Assembly (NCBI GenBank): GCA_029976805.1
Contig: JAPOLY010000005.1
Coordinates: 1,353 to 65,352, forward strand
From: a bacterium
GTDB taxonomy: Bacteria; Planctomycetota; UBA8108; UBA1146
Reading direction: 5' to 3'
DNA length: 64,000 nucleotides
Each line of letters begins with the position of its first letter. The first letter of the stretch is position 1. The notes below the pieces were generated by a model that was not told the DNA's origin, ran no database searches, and was given only the letters and a program-made list of their open reading frames with translations. A program made the translations under genes and the position numbers. Below are positions 18,684 to 28,052 of the stretch, piece after piece.

Positions 18684-19486
18684 TAGCGATTCTCCTCTAT
18701 CGTCTCTGGCTCATTGGAGCCTCTCCGGGGTAATTCCATGCGAATGGCGTCGGGATCAATCTCGCCCGGCAGGGCTTTTCGAATAGAAACCCTGACCGGT
18801 GGCGGCTCATTTCCATCTTTTTTCCAGGGCAGTACGTCCCCATAAGCAAAATAGTCTCCATCAGGGTAGGGCAATGCCAGCGGATTATCGAGGATTGCCC
18901 ACGGTCTGTGGCTCAGGGAAATCAACTCACCTGTCACCCTTGCCATGAACTCATCTTTTGGCTCAGCACCTTCCGGAGCTCCAGGTGGAGGGTCGAGAAG
19001 CAAAAAACCGGAACCGGTATAGGCAAATCCACAGCGCACCATTTCGCGCTCCATGGGAGCATTGATGATGCAATTTTCGGCTCTGATCCGACGGACGAAA
19101 TCACGGCCCTCTCCATCCTTCACCGGATAATGAAAATGGATGACCAATCTGTCGCCCCCAGTCAAACCACCCAGATCACGCTCTGATTCCGGACTTCGAC
19201 TTTCTTTCACTTCCATTAACATCAGCGCCGTCTGCAGATGCATGGGATCACAATCGACTGCAATCAGGCATTCATGGGACTTTGCTCCCGGAAGATTGAT
19301 CAGATATTCGACAAAACCCTGAGACATGTTGAAAAAGCCATCGAGATGAATCGTCCCAGTCGCCGCTTCAAATTGCACAGCCCCCAGGGCGACGGTTTCC
19401 CCCGGTTGAGACTCTGTTCCGGGAATAAGATCGACCGGGAGCCCACTCAAGGCTGTCGCCATGATGATGATGAGGCAACCGTTCAT
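18683..19486 (-). CDS. YdjY-like domain exported protein
   Basis: GFVEYL...KSHECLI...LQTALMLM...FAYTGS...GELISL resembles YdjY-family proteins. TAATG coupling to the downstream gene. Confidence 0.7.
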   Translation of the reverse strand: MNGCLIIIMATALSGLPVDLIPGTESQPGETVALGAVQFEAATGTIHLDGFFNMSQGFVEYLINLPGAKSHECLIAVDCDPMHLQTALMLMEVKESRSPESERDLGGLTGGDRLVIHFHYPVKDGEGRDFVRRIRAENCIINAPMEREMVRCGFAYTGSGFLLLDPPPGAPEGAEPKDEFMARVTGELISLSHRPWAILDNPLALPYPDGDYFAYGDVLPWKKDGNEPPPVRVSIRKALPGEIDPDAIRMELPRRGSNEPETIEENR

Positions 19487-19823
19487 CTCTTCCCTTTCGC
19501 ATTTGATCAAATGCACAAAGTTCCCCCGAAGGGTTCTCGCGCATGAAATGGAAACTCTGGGTCCATAATCGCAAAATCCACGCCGTCTACCAGTCCCCCG
19601 GACCTCATTTCACAGACTCCCAGCCATATAGACGGGTCTCGATCAACAGCCGTTCCGGCAATAGGTTCCTGAGATCGGGCTTCCTTGCCACCCTGAGGGC
19701 CTCAACTTGCGTTTTGCAGGCGATTTGTATAGCCTTCTCAGGTGCCGACCGATTCGACCCTCGCTCAAATCAACCGGTTTTCCGGGGACATGGTTTCCCG
19801 GAATGCCCCTGCTTCGGAGACTG

Positions 19824-20975
19824 ATGGACCCCAAAAGGAACACTTCCCAGCCGGAATCTTCCTCCAGATGGAGCATCGTCCTCGAGGTCTCCGCCGGCAT
19901 CGTCCGGCTTCCCGTATCCCGTATCGATTCCAGGGAAGTACTCGTCGATTCGACGATTCGTCTTCAGGTGGGACAACGCTACGAATTGATCGTTGAGAGA
20001 CCGGATGGTCACGCTGAACTGATCCATGCGGAAGTTCTGCGCAGAAATGATGCAGGCCTTCTTTTACGCTGGAAACCGACTCACCCCCGGGAGCTCTCTG
20101 CACTCGAGCGTCTCTTTGGGGATGAAGAACAAAAAGCGCCCGAAAGTGGTGATCTCGAATCTGCATTGAGATCCCGCTCCCGATTGGTTCGCACCTCTGC
20201 CATCGCAGCACAACGGGACAGTGTCCGTGTTCTCAATCTTTCCGCCATCAAGGAATTGATTCAGGCCTCTGTGGATGAGGTGATCCGCGAGAGTGGACGC
20301 TCACTCGGTGAGGAGGAACTGCGCAGGCTTCGAGAAGAGTCTGAAAAAAGTTTTCAGGAAAAGCTGGCCGAGTTCCAGAACGAGAATGCAGACTTGCACT
20401 CTCACATCGAAAACCTGAATGCCAAACTGCAAAGAACCCAGGAACTCCTCGGCAGCGAAAAAGAACGGGAAGTTGCCCGCGACCGATTCGCATTGACACG
20501 CGAGAGCCTGCTGGAGCTGGAGTCGACGATGGATCGAATCGTCGACAAGGCGGCCGGTGCCCACCACCTTCCTGAAGAGGTGGGCCAGGAGATTCGGGAA
20601 GTGATTCAAAATTCTCTCGATCTTGAACGCTCCAGAGCGACAGATCGTGAAGAGAAAACCAGAAGTGAGAACATCGAGCTCCTCGAACGGAAAGTGCAGC
20701 GTCTGGCGAAGAATCTGGATGCTGCAAAAACCCAAAGAGACGAGGCTCTGGAAACCGCCCGCAGACTGGATCGCCGTGACTCCAATACGTCAGGAACAAG
20801 CACTTCCATTCCGGCGTTTTCATCCAGCCCGGCAGAAGACCCCAGTGGTCGTCGAAGGGCGCTGTTGGCCGACCTCGTTTCCGAAAATCGCCAACTTCGA
20901 CAGCAAATTGTAAAACAAGTACCTTCAGATCCCAAACGGGGGCATGATCCCCAGATTGAGAAGGATCTTGCCTGA
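19824..20975 (+). CDS. Degenerate PilZ-like N-domain plus long coiled-coil protein
   Basis: GGAGA SD before ATG 19824. Beta-rich LQVGQRYEL...IHAEVLRRNDAGLLLRW segment, then ~250 aa of heptad-rich E/K/R/L sequence. Confidence 0.7.
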   Translation: MDPKRNTSQPESSSRWSIVLEVSAGIVRLPVSRIDSREVLVDSTIRLQVGQRYELIVERPDGHAELIHAEVLRRNDAGLLLRWKPTHPRELSALERLFGDEEQKAPESGDLESALRSRSRLVRTSAIAAQRDSVRVLNLSAIKELIQASVDEVIRESGRSLGEEELRRLREESEKSFQEKLAEFQNENADLHSHIENLNAKLQRTQELLGSEKEREVARDRFALTRESLLELESTMDRIVDKAAGAHHLPEEVGQEIREVIQNSLDLERSRATDREEKTRSENIELLERKVQRLAKNLDAAKTQRDEALETARRLDRRDSNTSGTSTSIPAFSSSPAEDPSGRRRALLADLVSENRQLRQQIVKQVPSDPKRGHDPQIEKDLA

Positions 20976-21018
20976 GCCATACTCGGCTTTCTGAAGAGTA
21001 AATCTGAGAGGACGATCG

Positions 21019-22047
21019 ATGAGTGAAACCGTATACGTGGGCATGGATCTCGGTACCAGCCGAACCTCCATCACTACTTCCACCGGAGTCAGAACCACGG
21101 TGTGGTCATATGTGGGCTACGCTCAGGACCACGTCAGCAAAAAGTTGCTCGGCGGCAGAGACAAGGTCTTCGGTGAGGAAGCGGTTCAAAACCGCATGGC
21201 GGTCGATCTGGTCCGCCCCCTCGACAAGGGTGTGATCCGTGAGGACGAGAATGCCAAGCGGGCAACCCGTGACCTGATCGAGCATATTCTTGAACAGGCT
21301 GAGATTCCTTCCGGAAGCACTGTCTATGGAGTCATCGGTGCACCGGCGGAAGCCAGCGTCGGATCCAAGGCCCACATTCTTGAAGCCGCATCCGAATTCA
21401 TGGACAGCATCATTGTCTGCTCTGAACCCTTCTCCGTAGCATACGGATTGGACTTCCTTTCCGACACACTCGTGATCGATATCGGAGCCGGAACCGTCGA
21501 CCTGTGCAGAGTGCATGGAACGATGCCGAAAGAAGACGACCAGAGAACCCACCATTTCGGCGGAGATGCCATCGACCAGCGCCTCTTCGACCTGATTCAG
21601 GAGAAGCACCCGGAAGCCCAGTTCTCGGTCAACATGGTGCGTGAAATCAAAGAGAACTTTGCCAGTGTGGGACGCCAGCAGGATGCAGTCATGGCCACCT
21701 TCCCGGTCAAAGGCAAGCCGACTGAGTTCGACATCACCGACCAGGTTCGTGAAGCCTGCATGGGTATCGTCCAACCGACGGTCGAAGCTCTCCAGGATCT
21801 GATTGCTACCTACGACCCCGAGTTCCAGCAGAAGATGCGCAACCATGTCCTCCTTGGTGGAGGCGGTAGTCAGATCACCGGTCTGGCCCGCGCGATGGAA
21901 GAAGCCCTCGTCGAGTACGGTGGAGGCAAGGTCAAGACTGTGGAAGAGCCACAATACGCTGGATCCAATGGTGCCTTGCGTATCGCTCTCGACATGCCGG
22001 AAGAGTTCTGGAAAGAGTTCATGGACAATCAAAAGGAAAATGCCTGA
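21019..22047 (+). CDS. MamK-like bacterial actin (MreB/MamK superfamily)
   Basis: Phosphate-1 GMDLGTSRT, SYVGYAQD..SKKLLG, VIGAPAEAS, SEPFSVAYGLD, phosphate-2 IDIGAGTVDLC..HGTMP..DDQ and adenosine LGGGGSQI. These align by eye to MamK far better than to MreB. Confidence 0.88.
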   Translation: MSETVYVGMDLGTSRTSITTSTGVRTTVWSYVGYAQDHVSKKLLGGRDKVFGEEAVQNRMAVDLVRPLDKGVIREDENAKRATRDLIEHILEQAEIPSGSTVYGVIGAPAEASVGSKAHILEAASEFMDSIIVCSEPFSVAYGLDFLSDTLVIDIGAGTVDLCRVHGTMPKEDDQRTHHFGGDAIDQRLFDLIQEKHPEAQFSVNMVREIKENFASVGRQQDAVMATFPVKGKPTEFDITDQVREACMGIVQPTVEALQDLIATYDPEFQQKMRNHVLLGGGGSQITGLARAMEEALVEYGGGKVKTVEEPQYAGSNGALRIALDMPEEFWKEFMDNQKENA

Positions 22048-22066
22048 ACCACTTTCTCCGCAAAAC

Positions 22067-22108
22067 AAAAGAGGCCGGAAGCGATTTTCGCTTCCGGCCT
22101 CTTTTTTT
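22067..22108. terminator. Bidirectional intrinsic terminator
   Basis: AAAAGAGGCCGGAAGCGA / TCGCTTCCGGCCTCTTTT between convergent genes. Confidence 0.9.
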
Positions 22109-22126
22109 GTGACGAGAAGATGTGAT

Positions 22127-22960
22127 CTAGAGTGCTTCGCCGATCTTCGGTTTCGGAACAACGGTTTTATCCCCGGCAAGCCATGAACGGATCTCCCGAG
22201 CCTGGACCTTTCGCAAGGTAGGCTCAGCCTCCGCATCGAAAACGAAGTTGCCTGGAACCTTCGCACGTCTCTTGAGCCCGCCCCACGCAGCCTGGCGAAC
22301 GACTTCATCGGGGTCATCCAGAGCACTGGCCAAGAGGTCTAGGGAGCTCTGACGCGCATCCTCGGCGAATCCACAAACACACAAAAAGCGAACTTCTGAA
22401 TCTCGCTCGACGATAAAGCGATCCTGCAACGCATCAAACGCCACAGGAACGTTCATCGTCAGCAAAATCGAAGCGGCAGATCGGCGAGCCGTGACATTTC
22501 CCTCTGCAAGAACTGCAACGACAGGAGAGAGGGCATCGCTGCCATATTCGAGAAGGGCCGCCTCTATCAAATTGTCATCGACGACATTGCCTTCAGCCAG
22601 CATGGAGATCAGACGGGGCAATGCACGTTCATCTCCCTCTCTGGCCAAAATCATACAGATCACCCGTTTGGTACGGGCTCCAATAAAAGGGTCATCGAGT
22701 TCAGCGGCCAACAGGTTTCGCGTGATGATGGGAGCTTTGCTGAGGCTGAGAAGGATCCGGTCGAGAGCCCGCTTTTGAATGCTCTCATCGTAAGAGCCGA
22801 GATTCGGGATCAGGGTCGTATTGCGGATGTCCTCAAGAACATCTTCACGATCCGGTGTTTTATCGGGAGTCGAGCAGCCCACAGACAGTAGTACTGTGAG
22901 AGCCAATATCCAGCACAGTGAATACTGCACTCCTGTGAAGCCCTTGTCTCCGTCGACCAT
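22127..22960 (-). CDS. HEAT-repeat lipoprotein
   Basis: Lipobox-like LLSVGC after a hydrophobic stretch. HEAT-like repeats RALPRLISML, ARRSAASIL and DDPDEVVRQAA. Confidence 0.78.
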   Translation of the reverse strand: MVDGDKGFTGVQYSLCWILALTVLLSVGCSTPDKTPDREDVLEDIRNTTLIPNLGSYDESIQKRALDRILLSLSKAPIITRNLLAAELDDPFIGARTKRVICMILAREGDERALPRLISMLAEGNVVDDNLIEAALLEYGSDALSPVVAVLAEGNVTARRSAASILLTMNVPVAFDALQDRFIVERDSEVRFLCVCGFAEDARQSSLDLLASALDDPDEVVRQAAWGGLKRRAKVPGNFVFDAEAEPTLRKVQAREIRSWLAGDKTVVPKPKIGEAL

Positions 22961-22995
22961 CGCAAACCGCCTTTCGGCTGAGCTACGCAAACGGA

Positions 22996-25482
22996 TCAAA
23001 GCCCCTGAACCGGTCTGCTGGCAGAGGTGTTGAGATCTTCCCAACGCTCATCCAGAGTCTGAAGGCGCCCACCCAACTGATCGAGGGTCACCGTTCTTCT
23101 GGCAAAAGCAGAAAGGTCGTCCTCAAGGATGCCCAGCGGAATTTCACCGGAGATCATGGCCTCCTGAAGACGAACACTGAGGAACGTTGCAACCGACAGG
23201 AAATCAACCCCACGCTCGGACATTTTGGTCAGCAACTCAGAATATCCCAACTGAGTCAGGTCCCCTGCTGAGGGATACAGAATCTGATACTGCTCCTCGA
23301 GCAGATTCCTGAACTTGCCGTGCTGGTTCGCTTCACGTCCAAGTCCATCAATGAAGACAGCAAAATCCTGAAGGCTGTCCTTGTCGAAAGTCCTCAACAA
23401 GGAAATGGTTTCGTCTGAAAGGTCAGTTTCACCCCTCATGACGACCAGGTCCCCCTTCTCATAGAAGGTCTTCAACTTGTCGAAGGAAAGGCTGACCGCA
23501 TAGGGACTCGTGGGAACCACGATTTCCCTGCGAGGGGACACCACGTCATCGTAATCAAGGTCAGGATTCAGGCTTTTGATGTTTTCGACCAGAATTGCCG
23601 CCGCCTGGAAGAAGAGCTGACGCTCGTTCTTGGACCAGGTCGCAACCGACTTCTCCGGATGCCTGAGTTTGAGCATGCTCAGTTTCTCGGTCGCTTCCGG
23701 CAGATAATCTTCAAAAATCTTCAGGCGGCTGATGAGTTCGCGTTTCTTGACGATGCTCAGCAAGGTCAAGTCGACCACTTCAGCGCGGGAGAATCCCTCC
23801 ACCGGCGTTCTGCTGATGGGATCGAGTCCGACAAGGTCACGCCCTTTGAGAATGTAGCGATCATTGAAGAGCACACTGTTGCGAGTATCGAAGTGTCGAC
23901 TCTCTTTCGGAGTGGAAATGGGATCGACCCCATCTTCCGAAAGAATGTGCGGAGTCAGAACGATGATGATTTCAGAACGCTGTTTCTGGGAACTCTTGCG
24001 TCCGAAAAATCCTCCAATAACCGGAAGGTCGCCCAATCCGGGAATGGAATTTTTGGTATCGAATTCACTTTCCTTGATCAGACCACCAAGGATCAGGGGC
24101 CGATGGTTTTTAACCCTTGCCTGTCCCCTGAAATTCCGGGTCGCCACCTGCGGGATTCCCAGCAGGTCCTCCTCGAAGACCCGCTGTCTTCCTTGAAGAT
24201 TATTGACGGTGATATCGACCAGCATCGAGACTTCGTTTTCGTCATTACCACTGATTCGAGGCTTGACGACCAGAGTCGTACCGATGTGCTCAGTTCCAAC
24301 CTTGTTGGCATTCTCGACAAAGTTTCCACCACTGACGTCACGGACGACGTCGGTAGAGATGAAGGTTGGAATCTTTTCTCCAAGGTGAAGCTGACTCTGG
24401 CGATCGTCCAGCGCGTACAACTTGGGACGTGCTTTGATAATCGCGTCACCGTTGCGAACCAGTGCATGAACACCAGCAAGAAACTGGGAGGACAGAGCCT
24501 CGGCCGTGTCATCAAAGAGGAAAGAGAGACCCGATTGCTGAATGGGATTGAAATTGCTGCTGATCTCGGGAAGGGGTTCTCCCGGCAGAGGAGAGGCGAA
24601 ATTCACTACCGAATTGCGTTTTTCAAAGGCGAGTGTATCGACTCCCAGATCGGAAAGAGCGTCCGCTTCCAGTTCGATGATCTGCACCTCGATCATGATC
24701 TGCCTTGCGGGCACATCGATCATGGCAATGAATTCTTCAATCCGTTTCAGATCCTCATCCGTGCCCACCATCAGAATACGATTTCGTGTTTCCGTCGATG
24801 GTGATTCCTCAAAGGTCAGAGAGAGAGAAGCGTCTTCGATTCCAGTGCCCAACTTGACAGGGGGCAGTGAAATCGGGTCGACATGCGGGATCTCCAGAAC
24901 GTATGGGTATTCCGGAAGATCCCAGGATTGGAGCATCGTTCCGCTGGCAGCCTCATACTTTGAGTAGACCGCTTTCTCATATTTGCGGGTGATGGTCCTG
25001 TTTCCCTGTTTGACTGCGTCAGTCTTGACTTCCTCGGTTCGGTGATAGACCTGGCAAACCTTGCTGGCTGCCAGCGACTCCAGAACCAACTGGATTCCGG
25101 CATATTTGACCGTGATCGATTCCTGCTTGAGTCGATCCCGAATTCCCACCTGTTCAAAGCTGCGAATCGTTCTGATCAGCGATTCTGTAATTTCCTTTGT
25201 GCCATTGATCATCAGAGAGTTCTCACGGCCAGCAACACGACTGATGGTCTTGTCGTCGACAAACTTTTTCAGCCCTTGAGTGTCATTCAAAAACTGAAAC
25301 ACCTCATCGGTTTCAGCATGAAAAAGCTCGACAAAGGTGATGTTGGGGACCTGAGCGTCGGCAACTGGGACTTGGGCAAAGAAGGCCACGCACAAAGTGA
25401 GCACGATCCAACCGAAATTGAATCTTTCCCGTCTCTTACGACCGGGGTTGCTGACAAATGCGGACTTTTTGGAACGGTCCAT
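22996..25482 (-). CDS. Secretin (GspD/PilQ family) with a long C-terminal extension
   Basis: N3-like NRILMVGT...IEEFIAMIDVPARQIMIEVQIIE. Secretin core GTTLVVKPRI, LILGGLI, IPGLGDLPVIGGFF and EIIIVLTPHIL. ~300 aa extra C-terminus. SD GGAG/AGGA before ATG 25482. Confidence 0.88.
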   Translation of the reverse strand: MDRSKKSAFVSNPGRKRRERFNFGWIVLTLCVAFFAQVPVADAQVPNITFVELFHAETDEVFQFLNDTQGLKKFVDDKTISRVAGRENSLMINGTKEITESLIRTIRSFEQVGIRDRLKQESITVKYAGIQLVLESLAASKVCQVYHRTEEVKTDAVKQGNRTITRKYEKAVYSKYEAASGTMLQSWDLPEYPYVLEIPHVDPISLPPVKLGTGIEDASLSLTFEESPSTETRNRILMVGTDEDLKRIEEFIAMIDVPARQIMIEVQIIELEADALSDLGVDTLAFEKRNSVVNFASPLPGEPLPEISSNFNPIQQSGLSFLFDDTAEALSSQFLAGVHALVRNGDAIIKARPKLYALDDRQSQLHLGEKIPTFISTDVVRDVSGGNFVENANKVGTEHIGTTLVVKPRISGNDENEVSMLVDITVNNLQGRQRVFEEDLLGIPQVATRNFRGQARVKNHRPLILGGLIKESEFDTKNSIPGLGDLPVIGGFFGRKSSQKQRSEIIIVLTPHILSEDGVDPISTPKESRHFDTRNSVLFNDRYILKGRDLVGLDPISRTPVEGFSRAEVVDLTLLSIVKKRELISRLKIFEDYLPEATEKLSMLKLRHPEKSVATWSKNERQLFFQAAAILVENIKSLNPDLDYDDVVSPRREIVVPTSPYAVSLSFDKLKTFYEKGDLVVMRGETDLSDETISLLRTFDKDSLQDFAVFIDGLGREANQHGKFRNLLEEQYQILYPSAGDLTQLGYSELLTKMSERGVDFLSVATFLSVRLQEAMISGEIPLGILEDDLSAFARRTVTLDQLGGRLQTLDERWEDLNTSASRPVQGL

Positions 25483-25696
25483 TTTCTTCCTTGCTCCTGC
25501 GAGTGAGACTGCGGGTCCACTTCGACAGATGGTCAGCCGATCTCTACACGCCAGAGAATAAACGGAGTTTCCCATTTTGAGTGGGAATCGACTCTCCAGC
25601 AGGCGATTTGTTTCGGCATTTCTACGAGAGTCGGCAGAGCCCGGATTGGGGCCCCTGCACAGGGTCGCAGTGCTCAAGATATCGATTATCGGCACG

Positions 25697-28015
25697 TTAT
25701 CTTCCATTCTCAACCAGAACCCAGCCACTCCAGCCAGAAACACGGTCAGTTGTCGATTTATCGCGAATCGACCTGCAGGCCTCTCTGAGAGCCTCTGCAG
25801 GCGAAATTCGGGCTCTGGCTGAGTCGATGAGATGGAGCGTTATTTGACGGGTCACTTCATCTTCGACAGGCCACAGTGACCCCAGAATCCCCTGACATCC
25901 CGCTTCCAAAACTGCTCGAGGAAAGCCTGCCAGATCATCAGATCCGGGCCCCCCAGCCAGTGCAGTCTCACAACCTGTGAGTAAAACGAGGCGACAGTCG
26001 GAAAGATTCCAGCCAGCCAAATTTCTCGCCAACAACTTTCCATCCGTGAAATTCTGGTCCGGAGTCAATCGAAGGGATGAGGATTGGGGGTCGCGTGGGT
26101 CGAAGTCCCCATGACACGCCAGGTGCAAGACCTTCTTGCCATGAAGTTGATCCCCAAGCCCGGTCACGGTCGCAGCCCCACCCGAGAGAACCATCGAGCT
26201 GGCCAATTTTTTGGCGACCGTCTCCCCCTCTGCTCTGGCACCGGGCAACCGGGCTTTTTCCGGGACATCGGGATCCACCAGAGACAACCAGTCTTCCGCT
26301 GGCAGGTATGAAAGCTCCCGTGAAGCGGACTTCAGATTCGGCAGCAGACTGACCGCGGTTCGATCCATCAGCGATCGTCCTGAGACGGGCAACATTCCCC
26401 AGGGAATTCTTCTCAACTCGTCCAACGGTACCAGCAACAATCTCTCAGTGACCGGCACCCCCGACCCGAACAACTTTGAGGAAATCCACGCCGCAGATTC
26501 GAGGTCTTTACCGCGACTGGAGTGAAGTCGGTTTATGAAGCCGACCAACTCACCCTTTTCACAATCCACAAGGCTCAACTTCCATAAACCTGCGTGGGTC
26601 GTCCATGTCAGCAATCGGGTTCCACAGTTCACCATGACCTGAACCGTGAAATCATCTCCCGCTTCCACTGCGAGAGCCTCGATCTGTTTGACATCAGGAG
26701 GGACTTCACCAGGATTGCGCACCCGCAGAAATTCTGAAGCATGCAGGGAAGCGAGGACTTCTCCGGATTGTGCCAAGAGTTCCGTCAACAGGAATGCGGG
26801 CTCTCGACGCTGGAACATGGCGGCGTGATCGGAACTGTATCGCAAGCGAATCTGTTCCACGGTCGCCACAGCAAGCCTGGCGTGCTCAATGGCGAGCGGG
26901 TATTCGCTCCGGAATTGATAAACTTTTGCCAGAGCCAGATCAGTCTTCCAGAGCGTCTCCAGATCACCCTTCAACTCCCGGGCAGATTCCACTGCCGTTC
27001 TCGTTTCTGTGAGCCAGCCTCTCGCTGCGGCGGTCTGTGATATTTCCACCAATGCCGCCGCAGCCAAAGCCCTGTCCCCGCTGGCTGTGGCTTTGTTCAA
27101 TGCACTGCGGGCATCATCCAACGATTGGATCAGGGCTTGCCGGCTTTCACCGGCATCGGAACTGCTCGAACTTTCTTCCCGTGCTCTTTTCGCTCTGTCA
27201 ATCAAGGCTCTCGTTTGAACCGGCGATCCTTCGGGAGCCAATTCAAAAGCGCGTGTGAGATCTCTTTTCGATCGGGGACCCTGAACACGATCAATCCTTG
27301 CAAAGACATCGAGAACGGAGGCATTCAACCGATACCACTCCGCTTCTTCTTCACGGTTCGTAGCGAAAGCCTTCAGTTCCTTCAGTTCCCGATAGGCAAC
27401 TATGGGATTTCCATCCCGCAAGTTTTTTGAGACCCGGTTCATGACCTCTTTGCGGCTTCCGCCGGTCGGATACCAGGGTTTCTGGTTCCAGTTTTGGATT
27501 GTCAGAAGATCGATCAAATCTCCCGACTCATTCCAGATTCTGGTGACGACTTGACCTTCAGGTACTCGACCGGGATCAGGCCCCCAAAGTTCCTCACCAC
27601 TGATTCCCAGATTCGCTTCCTTCCCATCCACATAGAAGGAAGCGAGACTGATTTCTGACTCTGCAGTTTTGAGGAGGACTTCCACACGACGGTCATCCCC
27701 GGATTCAGGTAAGTGAATATTGAAGAGCTCGCCCTCGATCAACGGTCGGTCGCCAGACAGTTCATCGATCAGTTGTGAAACAGACTGTGCATGTGAAGGG
27801 CTCGAAAATGCCACCAGAATGAGGCATGAGAAGAAAACCGGGGCTGAGCATTTCAGCAGATCCAAGAGGGTTGGACACCTGTTCAAAGACAGGTCATCTC
27901 TTGAATCAATTTGTGGCAGAACGGCCACTTTGGAAAAGGGCTTTTTCACTTCCCACAGGGAAGTGATCTTTGATCGGTAAATTTGGCGACTCCGAGATTG
28001 CTGCCGGGGCGGCAA
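25697..28015 (-). CDS. TPR + CHAT (caspase/HetF-like) domain protein, probable signal peptide (true start likely downstream of 28015)
   Basis: Motifs LLLVP..EL..IPW, LPGARAEG, catalytic-type HLACHG and LVLLTGCET, and GSLWPVED. CLILVAFSSPSHA-Q looks like a signal peptide. Confidence 0.85.
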   Translation of the reverse strand: MPPRQQSRSRQIYRSKITSLWEVKKPFSKVAVLPQIDSRDDLSLNRCPTLLDLLKCSAPVFFSCLILVAFSSPSHAQSVSQLIDELSGDRPLIEGELFNIHLPESGDDRRVEVLLKTAESEISLASFYVDGKEANLGISGEELWGPDPGRVPEGQVVTRIWNESGDLIDLLTIQNWNQKPWYPTGGSRKEVMNRVSKNLRDGNPIVAYRELKELKAFATNREEEAEWYRLNASVLDVFARIDRVQGPRSKRDLTRAFELAPEGSPVQTRALIDRAKRAREESSSSSDAGESRQALIQSLDDARSALNKATASGDRALAAAALVEISQTAAARGWLTETRTAVESARELKGDLETLWKTDLALAKVYQFRSEYPLAIEHARLAVATVEQIRLRYSSDHAAMFQRREPAFLLTELLAQSGEVLASLHASEFLRVRNPGEVPPDVKQIEALAVEAGDDFTVQVMVNCGTRLLTWTTHAGLWKLSLVDCEKGELVGFINRLHSSRGKDLESAAWISSKLFGSGVPVTERLLLVPLDELRRIPWGMLPVSGRSLMDRTAVSLLPNLKSASRELSYLPAEDWLSLVDPDVPEKARLPGARAEGETVAKKLASSMVLSGGAATVTGLGDQLHGKKVLHLACHGDFDPRDPQSSSLRLTPDQNFTDGKLLARNLAGWNLSDCRLVLLTGCETALAGGPGSDDLAGFPRAVLEAGCQGILGSLWPVEDEVTRQITLHLIDSARARISPAEALREACRSIRDKSTTDRVSGWSGWVLVENGR

Positions 28016-28052
28016 CCCGACACACCAAATATGCCGGAATCACAAAAAAACT

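Noticed and set aside
19824..22047. Magnetosome gene island
   Set aside because: Only the MamK-like actin is present. No other mam/mms/feo genes are recognisable in the window.
25697..28015. Craspase / type III-E CRISPR-associated protease
   Set aside because: There are no Cas7-11, Csx30 or CRISPR repeats, and the protein appears to be exported.
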